From an uncultured Nitrospinota bacterium (lineage in GTDB: Bacteria > Tectomicrobia > Entotheonellia > J063 > CAVPRW01), in contig CAVPRW010000031.1 in NCBI GenBank assembly GCA_963707985.1, positions 224,001-288,000 on the forward strand: a DNA stretch of 64,000 bases, given 5' to 3'. The translations under genes and the position numbers were made by a program. Shown here piece by piece: positions 50,580 to 61,452 of this stretch (its first letter is position 1; each line of letters begins with the position of its first letter). A model generated the notes under the pieces. The model was not told the origin of the DNA. It searched no databases and saw nothing but the letters and a program-made list of their open reading frames with translations.

Positions 50580-51611
50580 ATGGCCGCTTTTACCCAAGAC
50601 CTATACCGTTATAGCCATACTATCGGCTTTTATGCCCAAAATGGCCGCGGCTTCAATAACCCGGTCGATGTTGCCCGAGGTCGGGATGGAGTGCTCTATG
50701 TCCTGAACCGCGCCGGGTCGGAAGTCGAGCTGCGCATGCTCTATAAGCGGGTGACGATGTGCACGTTGGATGAAGACTACCTGGGCGAATTCAGCAGCGG
50801 CGGTACCGAGGACGGCCAGCTGATGTGGCCGGCGGCGATCGCCGTCGATGCCGATGGAAACGTCTACATCTCCGATGAAGCCTTGCATCGCATTTCCATC
50901 TTCGACGCGCAGGGGCGCTTTCTGGGCAAGTGGGGTGTCAGGGGTAGTGGTGTGGGCATGTTCGACCGTCCTGCGGGACTTGCCTTCGACCAGGACCAGC
51001 ATCTTCTCGTGGTTGACGGTCTCAATAACCGTATTCAGCGCTACACCAAAGATGGCCGCTTTCTGGGACAGTGGGGTAAGGAAGGACATGGTCCCGGGGA
51101 ATTGAACCTGCCCTGGGGAATTGCGGTTGACCGCGCCGGCGCGGTGTATGTGGCCGACTGGCGGAACGATCGGATCCAGAAATTCGACGCCCAGGGGGCA
51201 TTCCTGGCCAGCTATGGGACCTCCGGCCGGGGCGATGGGGAATTTTCCCGACCCTCGGGCGTGGCAGTCGATGGCGCGGGCCATATCTACATTGCCGATT
51301 GGGGGAACGAGCGCGTACAGGTGCTCGGTCCGGACGGTGGCTTTTTGGCCAAGTTTCGTGGCGAGTCCGGGCTGTCGAAGTGGGGCGAGAGCTACTTCAT
51401 TGCCAACCAGGATGAGTTGGAGGAGCGCCAGAAGGCTAACCTGGAGCCAGAGATTAGCCTGTCACCGACCGATGACCTGCGCGAGGAGTCGGCCAGCATC
51501 GAGAAATTCTTCTGGGGCCCCATCTCGGTCAAAGTGGACGATCAGGGCAGGCTGTACGTCGTTGAAAGTTGCCGCCACCGTATCCAGATCTATGGCAAAA
51601 CGGGGCACTGA
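50580..51611 (+). CDS. NHL-repeat beta-propeller protein
   Basis: Repeats of P.GIAVD..G.VYVADW.N.RIQ.F...G.FL..WG..G. Confidence 0.9.
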   Translation: MAAFTQDLYRYSHTIGFYAQNGRGFNNPVDVARGRDGVLYVLNRAGSEVELRMLYKRVTMCTLDEDYLGEFSSGGTEDGQLMWPAAIAVDADGNVYISDEALHRISIFDAQGRFLGKWGVRGSGVGMFDRPAGLAFDQDQHLLVVDGLNNRIQRYTKDGRFLGQWGKEGHGPGELNLPWGIAVDRAGAVYVADWRNDRIQKFDAQGAFLASYGTSGRGDGEFSRPSGVAVDGAGHIYIADWGNERVQVLGPDGGFLAKFRGESGLSKWGESYFIANQDELEERQKANLEPEISLSPTDDLREESASIEKFFWGPISVKVDDQGRLYVVESCRHRIQIYGKTGH

Positions 51612-52198
51612 GCGGTGTTTCCACTGTCTGTCACGCAGGATTTTAGCATCGCCGGCGCCTATTTCCTCCGATCACTCGAAGGCATGAACAACATTGACTT
51701 TTGTCCCTTCCATCTTCACCTTGGAGCCGTGCACTTTCATACCTCCACAGCTCATTGTGATCAGGTTTCTGATCATGCCCCCTCGGTCTTTACCCTCCCA
51801 ACTTCTATGGCTGTCCTCTTCTGGTGTCATCTATCGCTGCGATCGCGGCGTCTGGAAAATCTCGCGCCGCGACCTCAGTTTGTAGAGGCAAACCATCCGT
51901 CGACCGCAAGTTCAGCTTGACGATATGTTTGGCCAGGGGGGCTGAGCAGATCGACCACGGGGGCCGCTCGCCCTGCCTCTTGGGGGCTCCATGCGGGCAG
52001 ATGCCATGGCGGACCTGCTGGATGCGGCACTACTGATGTGATCAGGTATACTGAATATTCTAGCTCGTCACACCAACCAAAATTCTCGCTGGTATGGCAA
52101 ATTTTGACGAGAGAGTGGCATTTCGAAGAATGCTCTGTTAAGGTACACTGTACATCTTGGGTAAAGGTACGTCCTTTAACCAAAGCAAAGGGATACTC

Positions 52199-52753
52199 AT
52201 GAGCTCCATCAATGTGGGCGAACGTATCCGGCAGCTCCGCCTCGGTCTAGGCCTGTCGCTCCGGGCTTTGGCCGCCGAGACCGGCTTTTCCCCCAGCCTC
52301 ATCTCCCAGGTAGAACACGGTCATGTCATGCCGTCCATCGGATCGCTGGAGCGCATTGCCATGGCCCTCGGGGTCAGCCTCAGCACGTTTTTCGCCGAGC
52401 CCGAACCGACCTCTGACGAACTGGTGCGCGCCAACGCTCGTCAAAAGCTTACCAGCACGTGGTCACCGGTCTCGATCGAGGCCCTGCGCCCCACGAAGGG
52501 GGCAGGGATGTTGGAGCCCATCTTGATCATCATGGCACCAGGGGGGCGCAGCGGAAAATTCCCCACCATGCACACAGGAGAGAAGTTTGTCCTCGTGTTA
52601 AGCGGGGAGGTCACCCTGACGCTGGGGGACGAGGTGCATGGGCTTAGGACCGGCGACGCAATCACGTTTGCGTCAGCCGTCCCCCATCAGCTGGAGAATA
52701 GCAGCACCGAACCCGCGCATGTGGTAGTTGTCACCGCCCACGTGCGGCTCTGA
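52199..52753 (+). CDS. XRE-family HTH regulator with cupin domain
   Basis: IRQLR...SLRALA...S.ISQVE...PS..L..IA; H.GEK...VLSG..L..GD. Confidence 0.88.
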   Translation: MSSINVGERIRQLRLGLGLSLRALAAETGFSPSLISQVEHGHVMPSIGSLERIAMALGVSLSTFFAEPEPTSDELVRANARQKLTSTWSPVSIEALRPTKGAGMLEPILIIMAPGGRSGKFPTMHTGEKFVLVLSGEVTLTLGDEVHGLRTGDAITFASAVPHQLENSSTEPAHVVVVTAHVRL

Positions 52754-52799
52754 AGGCCCGCGCCATGCATGGGCTATACGCACGGTAACGGAGACTACT

Positions 52800-53011
52800 G
52801 AAGTTTCGAGCCGTCTTCGTGACGATTCTTGCTTACCACAAATTTTTCTCCGATTGCGTCTGGAGAGCCTATTCCCCGGCTGCAAACGTCTGATCAAGTT
52901 GCCACGGCGGGCATGCCAATCACGAACGTGAAAGGTATCAACGTCATCGAGGCATGGAAAGCATATTATGCAGCAGGAAAGGAGCGATTGACCAATGCCG
53001 GAGAAAAGTAA
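52800..53011 (+). pseudogene. Possible ParA C-terminal remnant
   Basis: IPRLQ......AG.PI..VK......AW..Y...GKE directly upstream of a ParG-like gene. Confidence 0.45.
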
Positions 53012-53306
53012 ATTTAGCAACGCTGTTGCCAAGCTGCAACAGCGACCGACCAAGCAACCCGCCGCGCGACAGCCTGTCCCTCCTATCACGGTAGGGCCGG
53101 TGCGGGGGAAAGGACGGCCACCCGGCAAGCGCAGCGACCCCGACTATCAGGCCACCACCGTCCTCTTGCGGCAACAAACTAAGAAGATGGCCAATCGCCT
53201 TCTAGAAGATGGCAGCACCGGGCAGGATCTTTCGGAACTCATCGAGCAACTTCTCACCGAGTGGATAGAGGAGCAATCCAAAATTCATGTATTCTCTCCC
53301 AAATAA
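52995..53306 (+). CDS. Small RHH-like (ParG-type) partition partner
   Basis: Low-complexity N-terminus, GRP.GKRSDPDY..TT, DLSELIEQLL..W. Confidence 0.6.
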   Translation: MPEKSKFSNAVAKLQQRPTKQPAARQPVPPITVGPVRGKGRPPGKRSDPDYQATTVLLRQQTKKMANRLLEDGSTGQDLSELIEQLLTEWIEEQSKIHVFSPK

Positions 53307-53653
53307 GAAAACATCGACGTGACCCGGTTACGGATTTTATAGAGTGCTCTAACTTGAAGTCGCATTGGCGGGAAAATCATTCAGGCGATAGAATCAACCA
53401 GCTGCTAACGAGGTCATTGCTCAAGGAAACCACTGCAAAAAACGCTGACACACCACCCATTCCCCTCCCACTATCCGCAGCAGAGTTCAACGTCTTTATC
53501 TTCTCGTACCTCCTGATGCTTATACCTATTCTGCAGCGCAAGCATGACTCTCACCGAACCTTTTGCCCCATCCTCTGGACCCGAGTATTGCTCCCACATC
53601 CTAACCATCTGGCCAGCCTGCTTGCTTTTTTACGTGCATTTTTGTATATTTGA

Positions 53654-53673
53654 ATTTTCATACGTATGAAAAT
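53654..53673. promoter_or_regulatory. Perfect 20-bp palindrome ATTTTCATACGTATGAAAAT in an AT-rich tract
   Basis: Self-complementary sequence seen directly. Confidence 0.55.
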
Positions 53674-54102
53674 GTAAAGAAATTTCCGGATCATCACAGG
53701 TGCGAGCTACAACGGCGGGGTTAACCAGACAACGCCCGCTGTACAGCATCCTGAGGCCTCCTTACAAATGTTGCCCCCTCCCCTCCTGACTCAGGGTGAC
53801 GACAATCGTCACGCGACCGCATGGATTCAGCGTGGTGAGGCCTTACCCTTCAAGCTCGCTGATGAAGGACAGGTGGACTGCCATGCCCGTGATTTTATCC
53901 ATACCATGATTGACACCGGCCAACGCCCGAAATAGGTGGATGTACATGCCCTCTCGGACGGGTGGCGACCTGCTGATGATTGCCGCCTTTCGGTTCGATC
54001 TCGGCATAGATGGCTTGGTTTTCACGCTTCAGGTGTCATAGAGGACATCTGTGATGAACGCGACTGCTGATGCCAGCCCCGCGGCCGCGGGAAGGAACTT
54101 GT

Positions 54103-54300
54103 ATGATGCCGGACATGGACGAAGAAGGGCCTGATGAGGGGGGAATCAGCCTGCTGTGTCCTAAGTGTCAGGGCGCGCGCATCTTCCGGTCCAGGCGCCA
54201 GGGATTGGTCGAATGGGTCCTGCGCGCCATCCGCCTGTATCCCTTCCGCTGTGATATCTGCGGCCATCGGTTCAGGCGCGTCACCTGGCATGGACGCTGA
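54103..54300 (+). CDS. Small zinc-ribbon protein
   Basis: CPKC ... RSRR ... PFRCDICGHRF. Confidence 0.6.
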   Translation: MMPDMDEEGPDEGGISLLCPKCQGARIFRSRRQGLVEWVLRAIRLYPFRCDICGHRFRRVTWHGR

Positions 54301-54504
54301 TGGGTGGTACATGGTGGAGAGACGAGGCAGATCAGCAACAAGGGATGCCGATTCCCCTCCGGCCCGTTGTCCCGCCCACACTGACACCGCCCTGATTTAA
54401 GTCAATGGTTCCCACATGACAGTTTGGGGTTGTCAAGCAATCCTCTCGCCATGGGGGACGAAGCAACGGACGTGTCAGCGGTCATTGCCTAACTTGCGCT
54501 GGCT

Positions 54505-55503
54505 TCAAGGCGCATGGGGAAGGGGCTCTGGCGACGACGGTGCGTACACGACCGAGATCTGCCCTGCCACCCGAATTGAGAGGTTGGTCGCCTCGGCTAG
54601 AACCCCTGGGGCGTCATCCCCATCAATTTGCAACGCACAGCCACTGGGAAGCGATAGCTGGACCCCTCTCACGCGCGTGCTCTCCAGTGGACAGAAGCGT
54701 CGCAAGGGTCGCCAATACCGCGACAAGACTAGGAGGGCAAAGTGCCACGGTCGCGTCATCGGTGTAATCTCGAACATGCCATCGTTAGAGGATGAGACTG
54801 CCGTCAATGGTGCCCCACCGGCATACGTTGGTACATTGCTCACGATCACGACACTGGCTCCCGGGGGGATAGCGCCGGTTGTCCAGCCATTTTCCGGCGT
54901 GTCGAGTTGCCAGGATAGGCTGGGCAAGCGCGTCGAGCAGTATCGCAAAGCCAGCATGGCATAGACACATTCGTTGATGCACCGTCGTCGCAGCACCGCT
55001 TGCATAGGTGGGGAGCGACGCAATTGGGTATACGCCCGGCAGACGAGCGCATCCCATCCCACACCGCAGTAGCACAAGAAGAAGGTCTGATCATTGAGGC
55101 TGAGGACATCGACGGCTTTGGTAGGCCCTGCGACCAGCTGCTTGACGATCTCGGCCACGCCAAGCATCCGACGTTGAGACCAGAGCTGGTAGACGCCAGT
55201 GACTCGGGCGAAGTCGTTGCCAGTACCCTGGGGGATCACCCCTAGCGCCGCACCGGTGCCGGCTTTAAAGAGACCTTCGGCCACCGCACGGACGGTACCA
55301 TCCCCGCCAACCGCGACCACGCGGTCCCACTCGGCAGCGGCCCTGCACGCTTGCTCGACGGCGTGCCCAGCCTGTGTCCATTCGAGACTATAATCCTTAT
55401 CCTCGACGTATCCCAAGTAGGCACAAGCCTCGTGAAGCCTGTTCCAGAGAAGTTGGCCACCTTGTGCTCTGGCAATGGGGTTGAGTAGAAACTTGACGGG
55501 CAT
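54505..55503 (-). CDS. Diacylglycerol/lipid kinase family protein
   Basis: NP.A, GGDGTV, GTGNDFAR, G.G.DA, YAGG, QIDGD. Confidence 0.9.
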   Translation of the reverse strand: MPVKFLLNPIARAQGGQLLWNRLHEACAYLGYVEDKDYSLEWTQAGHAVEQACRAAAEWDRVVAVGGDGTVRAVAEGLFKAGTGAALGVIPQGTGNDFARVTGVYQLWSQRRMLGVAEIVKQLVAGPTKAVDVLSLNDQTFFLCYCGVGWDALVCRAYTQLRRSPPMQAVLRRRCINECVYAMLALRYCSTRLPSLSWQLDTPENGWTTGAIPPGASVVIVSNVPTYAGGAPLTAVSSSNDGMFEITPMTRPWHFALLVLSRYWRPLRRFCPLESTRVRGVQLSLPSGCALQIDGDDAPGVLAEATNLSIRVAGQISVVYAPSSPEPLPHAP

Positions 55504-56067
55504 AGCTGTCGCAGACTGTAATCGCACACCGTTATCACTCCAGCCGCCTGGTGAGCGTGTGGCTGCAACACCAGCGAAAATACCTTATAATATTATACGC
55601 TAACTCTACCCATCCTTTCGAGCCTTAAGCACAGCATAGGGATTGGAGAATTTGAGATCCCCTAGCCCAAATGACGAGAGTGTTCGCATGACGATGGGGG
55701 AGAATCTGCGCAGTTGTTGGGAGAGCGCTGCTGTCGGTGTTCCACCCCCGGTAGAACCTCCTGCTTTGCCGTGCCATCGTTCATGAATTGATCCACGATG
55801 ATCAGCCGTGCCACGTAGCGTACACCCTGGAAGAGCTTACGAAAGAATTTCTTGGCCGCCTGCCCTAGGAGCGCAGGGGGCCAAGAGCGGGCGTTTGAAG
55901 CACAGATCGATCGTCACACCGATCAGCCAACTCAGGCCCCCCTTCCCCGCGCTCGTGAATGCGATCAGGCGAGGCCTGCATTGGTCGTGCGAGAGCCAGC
56001 GTTGGAACTCGCGTCCGCGACTTTGAAGATGTCTCCGATAGTTATCGGAGACAGATCTGCGCTTGGT

Positions 56068-56274
56068 TCAGCGGCCGGCCCTCTTGGCTGCCACAGCCGC
56101 CCTCATTTGATCCACCGCCTGCTGCAGTTTGCCTTTCACCCTCTCCACTTTGATCTTCACCTTTTCCACTACCTGATCGAGCTTTCCCTCGCTCGTATGG
56201 CTGTCGTCATCCACCAGCACACCCGCCGCCTTTTTGATTCGCTGTTTGATTTGTTCTATCTCGCCACTGATCAT
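56068..56274 (-). CDS. CsbD-like stress protein (divergent)
   Basis: G..EQIK.RIK.A.G.L.DD.....EGKLDQ..KV. Confidence 0.6.
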   Translation of the reverse strand: MISGEIEQIKQRIKKAAGVLVDDDSHTSEGKLDQVVEKVKIKVERVKGKLQQAVDQMRAAVAAKRAGR

Positions 56275-56516
56275 TGCGTTCCCCTTTCATGCATCGAGGC
56301 GGCCGCGTGTGCGGTCGGTCTCGTGTAGTGGCGCGGCGCCGTGCCGCGTCTCCGATAAGGCAGTGCCCTTCGGGGAACTGCCTCTCCCCTGCCGAACTCT
56401 CCTACATGGCCAGGCGCATCAGGAGGGGATGGCCAGCGCCAGCCTAAACTCCAGCAGCCTGGCATCGTGACTTACTTCCCTGAACGACACCAGGCCGGAC
56501 AGGCGTCTGTAGCTGT

Positions 56517-57518
56517 CTACGGTCTCGTGGCATTTTGAGAGTTTACCGCTGGGAGGCGCACGTCCCCCTCAGGAGCCGCATGCTTGAGATAGCGATAGTA
56601 GTCGCTGTCCGTGGTGAGGATCAGCACGGAGTTCTTGTTCCCCCCCTCGCCATAGACTTCCAGGGTGCGCGAGAAGGCATAGAACTCGGGATCGCGACTG
56701 TAGACTTCCCCGTAGACGCGCGTCGCCTCGGCGTCGGCCTCGCCCCGGATCTCCTGCACCTGCCGGTAGGCGGTGGAGCGGATCTGACGCAGCTCCTTCT
56801 CCATCGCCCCGAGGATCTCCGCACTCCGCCCTTCCCCCTCGGACCGGAACTGAGCGGCGATGCGCTTCCGCTCGGAGATCATCCGGGCGTAGACCTTCTC
56901 CCGGACGCTCTCAACGTAGTCGAGGCGCTTGATGCGCACGTCCACCAGCTCGATCCCGTATTGGGGGATGATCTTCCGGGCCTCGGCCAGGATGGTGCGG
57001 GTGATCTCCTCCCGTCCCCGGGTGATCTCCTTTTTGAGCTCCTCCTCCCGCTCCGCCGGGACCTCCTCCAGCACCTCGCCCTCGGGGACTTCCCATGAGG
57101 CACTGCGGACGAGCTCGACGAGCTCGCTGCTCGACACCTGGTCCCGGACCACGGAATCGATGATGTCGTCCAGCCGTGACTGCGCCCCTTCTTCAGTGGC
57201 CACGTTTTCCAGAAACTTCTTGGCATCGGCGATGCGCCAGCGCGCCGTGGTGTCCACCCAGATGAACTCCCGCCCTTTGGTCGGAATCTGGTTCGGGTCG
57301 CCATCCCAGATGAGGAGACGTTTCTCGAAGCGTCGCACCTCTTGCACGAAGGGGAGCTTGACGTGCAGCCCCGCCTCGGTCACCGTCTCCCCCACGGGCC
57401 GGCCGAACTGCACGATGACCGCTTGCTGACCCTCTTCCAAGGTGTAGAAGGTGCCGGAGAGCACGAGGAGGATCGCCACCATGACGACGATGATCGACAC
57501 CTGCAACGCTGTTTTCAC
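56517..57518 (-). CDS. hflC: Protease modulator HflC (SPFH)
   Basis: N-terminal TM, QFGRP, GLHVKLPF, RMISERKRIA.QFRSEG, DPEFYAF.R.LE.Y; GGAGG before GTG. Confidence 0.9.
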   Translation of the reverse strand: MKTALQVSIIVVMVAILLVLSGTFYTLEEGQQAVIVQFGRPVGETVTEAGLHVKLPFVQEVRRFEKRLLIWDGDPNQIPTKGREFIWVDTTARWRIADAKKFLENVATEEGAQSRLDDIIDSVVRDQVSSSELVELVRSASWEVPEGEVLEEVPAEREEELKKEITRGREEITRTILAEARKIIPQYGIELVDVRIKRLDYVESVREKVYARMISERKRIAAQFRSEGEGRSAEILGAMEKELRQIRSTAYRQVQEIRGEADAEATRVYGEVYSRDPEFYAFSRTLEVYGEGGNKNSVLILTTDSDYYRYLKHAAPEGDVRLPAVNSQNATRP

Positions 57519-58599
57519 GGCTGACCTCCCTTCGGCAGTCGGCTTGGGACCCGATTCCTTCGGACCCGACTCCAAGGAGAGCCAGGGCACCATGGCCTTC
57601 TGATCGCTGTCCACGATATACAATCCCTTCATCTCCGTCAGGAAACGGCCCAGGGCCTCCAGATGGAGGCGCCGGCGCGTGACCTCCGGGGCCTGCTGAT
57701 ACTCGGCCAAGACGGCCTGGAAGCGGGTGGCCTCTCCGTGCGCCCGGTTGACCCGCTCGATGGCGTAGCCTTCGGCCTCGCTGATGCTCTGGGCCGCCTC
57801 GCCACCGGCCTTGGGGATTTCCCGGTTGGCCTGCTCCTGGGCCTGATTGATCGTCCGTTCCTTGTCCTGGCGCGCCTCGTTGACCTCGTTGAAGGCCGGC
57901 TTCACGGCATCCGGGGGGGTCACGTCCTGGAGTTCCACGGTGACCAGGCGCACCCCGGTCTCGTATTCGCTCAGAATCTTCTGGATCTCCTCTTTCACCT
58001 CGGTGGAAACCGCCACCCGGCCGACGGTGAGCACGTCGCTGCCGAGCCGATTCCCGACCACCCGGCGCATGACCGCCTCGGTGATGTCGCGGATCGTTTT
58101 CGGCGTGTCGCGCACATGGAAGAGGAAGCGGATCGGGTCTTCGATGCGGTACTGAATGATCCACTGGACGTCGATGACGTTGAGGTCCCCCGTCAGCATG
58201 AGGGACTCGCTCTTATAAGCCTGATTGCCCGAGGCTTGAGTGCCCGAGTATTGCGTCCGCTGGCCGGGGGCACTGGCCAGTCGTCCGGAAGCCGAATTCC
58301 TCCTTGAGCACGCGGGCCGTGGGCACCATGCGGACCGTGTCGATCCCAAATGGCCACTTGAAGTGCAGGCCCGGCCCGGCCGTGCGCACGACCTTTCCAA
58401 AGCGCTGTACGATCCCCGTCTCTTCCGGCTGGACCGTGAACCAGCTCGACCAGAGAAAGATCAGCACCACCACGAGGCCGACGAGGCCGACGATCGGGCC
58501 GCCCCTAAATCCCTGCCAGTACTGTCGAACCTGGTCAAGGACTTCTTCCAACTCAGAAGAGGGTTGTCTCCCCCGCGGGGGGAAGTCTCGTTCTGACAT
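57515..58599 (-). CDS. hflK: Protease modulator HflK (SPFH), frameshifted near 58250
   Basis: PGLHFKWPFGID, MLTGDLN, AFNEVN.A.Q, IP.A.GEA, APEVTR.RL.LE. Confidence 0.88.
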
Positions 58600-58942
58600 C
58601 GAATACCTCCTTGCCGCGACCACAGCGATTGCGGCGCGGTTGACGAATTCACTCGCTGACATGATCAGGCGTGCCATGGGCGGGCAGCTTGCATGGGCCT
58701 ATGTCGCGCGACTGTGCTGCCATGGGTTCGGGTGGGATGAGCTTCGACGCCGAAGATCCTTCCGCTTTTCCTTTACTTTTCCGATGGCTGGTAGCCAGCG
58801 CTCCTCCTGTGAGCACATCCGTCAGTCGTTGAATGGCATCTCCCACCTGCGCCCGCACCGTTTGTGCTCTCTGCGTGAGGGAGCGAGACCAACTTGACTC
58901 CTCTGTTCCTCCAGCATGACTCTTGGGCTCTGCGCTGCCCCG

Positions 58943-59446
58943 TCAGCGGTAGAGGTGCGCTTCCAAGACCCAGAGGCGCTTATCGACCCCGCGCGAGATG
59001 TCGGTATAGACTGCTGCAGTGTCCGCATCCTCGACATCCGCGGCGAGTGCAATGCCACCCCGCATCGCTGTGGCATAGGGCGCGAAGCGCTCGGCCAGCG
59101 CCACCACATGGGCCTGACCATCCACGAGGGTGTCGGGATACTCGGCCAACCGCGACTGCGTGGCCGCCGTGTGGGCTGTTCCCTTCGCAACTCCCCCCAG
59201 CACTGCGATCCGTTCCGCCACCAAGTCAGCGTATGCGTCCAGTTCGCTCGCCGTCGCGGCGAAGAGGGCCTGCAAGGGGGCAAAGTCATGGCCTCTGACA
59301 TTCCAGCCGGCTTGCTTGACGTGGGAGCGCAAATCCACGGTACAGGCCAGGGTCTGATTCAGCAGCTGAATCACATACCGTCGGATTTCAGGGGGAATAT
59401 CGATCCGGGTGAGATGGAGGACCTCGTTGTGGTCGCAATGGTTCAT
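58943..59446 (-). CDS. dps: Dps family ferritin-like protein with altered ferroxidase site
   Basis: LLNQ.LA...DL....KQAGWNV.G, D.VAERI..LGG..GT, D.DTA, DK.LW.LEAH. Confidence 0.8.
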   Translation of the reverse strand: MNHCDHNEVLHLTRIDIPPEIRRYVIQLLNQTLACTVDLRSHVKQAGWNVRGHDFAPLQALFAATASELDAYADLVAERIAVLGGVAKGTAHTAATQSRLAEYPDTLVDGQAHVVALAERFAPYATAMRGGIALAADVEDADTAAVYTDISRGVDKRLWVLEAHLYR

Positions 59447-59582
59447 ATCCTTATCCTTTGTAGCTCCTTGCATCGCCTCAACTGCGTGAACGGTAGCCAT
59501 CAATGGCTCCGCGTGCAGCATGAATGCCCCGCGACACGTAGGGCACGGTTCCTCTTTGGCATCAGGTTTTGCATCGGGAATG

Positions 59583-59646
59583 TACCTCAGGCGTCCCACG
59601 TCGTCTGTGAAATTCCTGCTGAAAATGTTGAAATCTTGCGACAATC
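59583..59646 (-). promoter_or_regulatory. Putative AraC-type operator/promoter of dps (copy 1)
   Basis: 41-bp core identical to 62724-62764 in inverted orientation; tandem GCAAGATTT/GCAGGAATTT; TACATT downstream. Confidence 0.65.
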
Positions 59647-59683
59647 ATCCAGACGGAGAAGGACGTACCTCGGTCGTCGCCAC

Positions 59684-60655
59684 TCATGCATGCCTGGCGT
59701 GGTCTCGGAAGGCTTTAGGGGTCTGGGCGACGTGCGTCCGAAAGAGCGCGGTAAAGTGACTTTGGTCGGCACACCCCACCTGGAGACCGATGTCGATGAG
59801 AGACACGTCAGTCTCGGCCAACAACCGCCTGGCGTGTGCCATCCGGCAGGTGATCACATACTGGTGGGGAGCCAGACCGGTGGCGTGCTTGAACAGGCGC
59901 GCAAAATGGGCCGGGCTCGTCTGCGCCACGCTGGCCAATGTGGCCAGGGGTAACTCCTCCTCCAGATGCGCCTGGATATAGGCGATCGTGCGCCGCAACT
60001 TGTACGACAAGAGCCCACCACTCCCCGCGTACGGGGATGGCCGCGCGGCGGCATAGCGTTTGAGGAAGTGAACCGCGAGCGCATCAGCCAATATGTCGGC
60101 ATACAGCTGCCCCGCCCCGCCCTCGCCTTTGATCGCGGTCCGCAGAAGCAGTGCCAGGTGTTGCAACAGAGGATCGCGGGCTGGCAAGGAAGGCATAATC
60201 ATGACACGCTCGACGTCGGGTGAATCGTACGGGCCACGGACTATCACCATGGGATGCACCGGGGGGGTGCAGGACGCAGCCGTCTCCTGCCAGTGGACCC
60301 ATACCAATTCGCCAGTCGCTCTGTGAATCACCGGAGGCGTGGTCTCCGTCAGAAGGGCGGGATCGAGGTCAAAGGTCACGCCTGCCGCCTCCTGCTCCCA
60401 TTGTATCGTCTGCGAGGATAAGGAGGGAACTAGGCCGATCGCACCCGTCGTCCAATACGGTCTGGCGCCATCACCTGTGACCGGCTGGCCCATGGCCTGA
60501 AAGGAACACCGCTGCCCAGGCCCCGGACCCGTCAGCGGCCCTTCATTATGACATACGCCACTCCGGCCGTCCCAATGCATCGTGGCGCCAGCTGTCTGCA
60601 GCAGCAGCGTAGCGCTCCCCATCACGGCTGTAGATGTACATCCCTCTTTAGCCAT
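59684..60655 (-). CDS. AraC family transcriptional regulator
   Basis: YIQAHL, S..HFARLFK.ATG..PHQY, ARRLL, G.ADQSHFT..FR. Confidence 0.92.
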   Translation of the reverse strand: MAKEGCTSTAVMGSATLLLQTAGATMHWDGRSGVCHNEGPLTGPGPGQRCSFQAMGQPVTGDGARPYWTTGAIGLVPSLSSQTIQWEQEAAGVTFDLDPALLTETTPPVIHRATGELVWVHWQETAASCTPPVHPMVIVRGPYDSPDVERVMIMPSLPARDPLLQHLALLLRTAIKGEGGAGQLYADILADALAVHFLKRYAAARPSPYAGSGGLLSYKLRRTIAYIQAHLEEELPLATLASVAQTSPAHFARLFKHATGLAPHQYVITCRMAHARRLLAETDVSLIDIGLQVGCADQSHFTALFRTHVAQTPKAFRDHARHA

Positions 60656-60687
60656 GGTCCCCCCCTTCGCTTCCCGCCGATTGCTCG

Positions 60688-60957
60688 CTATGAGACGTGG
60701 CGACCAACTGACCCCTTCGACCCTGCGAGCCGCGAGAGCTCGCCGTCGATGCGTTCCACACTCGCCTTCGCTTGGTCTGTTTTTTGGCGTCGTGCCTCGG
60801 AATCGGGCTGCTGCGAGGCGGCCTCGCCCTTACGTTGCTCGATCTCCCGTTGCTGCTGCCAGTAGGCGATGTGGTCCGCCTGACGTTGTTTCCGCTTGAA
60901 GATGACCACAACGCCGATCAGGATGATCCCTGCCAACACGATTGTCCAGACGACCAT
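60688..60957 (-). CDS. Small single-TM hypothetical protein
   Basis: GGAGG RBS, hydrophobic N-terminus, coiled-coil-like tail. Confidence 0.55.
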   Translation of the reverse strand: MVVWTIVLAGIILIGVVVIFKRKQRQADHIAYWQQQREIEQRKGEAASQQPDSEARRQKTDQAKASVERIDGELSRLAGSKGSVGRHVS

Positions 60958-61227
60958 GCTCCACCTCCTTGCGCTCCCATATCACTCGAACCAATGGATC
61001 GCGTCATGTGTGCCCGCGCCCGTGACGCATCAGGGGTCCACTGTATGGGTAGATGCACCCCCACATGTCGGAGCTGACCCATCATCGAGCCATCCACCTC
61101 ACAGGACTACCACTATAATACCACAATCAATCGATCTATAAATAAATATATATTGAAATATTGTAAAGACTGGCCTACAGTAAACGATTAGCAGCGGCGA
61201 GCAGGGAAAAACAGGGAGGGATACTGA

Positions 61228-61452
61228 ATGACCACTGAGCGCATACCTCGGGGAGGACACCCGCGGACACAAGGAAACGCGGATGATCCCCTCGTAACCG
61301 TGAGCCTACATGTGCGGCAGAGTCAACTCGCTGAGCTGGATCAGCTGGCAGATGCGGAGCACACGAGCCGCGCTGCCCTGGTGCGCGAGGCCATTGATCG
61401 GCTACTCAAAAACCTGAAGCGCGTACTTACACGCTTGAAACGGCCTTCATGA
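61228..61452 (+). CDS. Ribbon-helix-helix (CopG) protein
   Basis: VSLHV...L.ELDQLA.....SRAALVREAI. Confidence 0.75.
   Translation: MTTERIPRGGHPRTQGNADDPLVTVSLHVRQSQLAELDQLADAEHTSRAALVREAIDRLLKNLKRVLTRLKRPS

Noticed and set aside
56517..58400. Apparent HflK-HflC fusion ORF (627 aa)
   Set aside because: hflC has its own GGAGG and GTG within a GTGA overlap typical of separate coupled genes. One indel near the hflK 3' end explains the read-through, and indels are frequent in this window.
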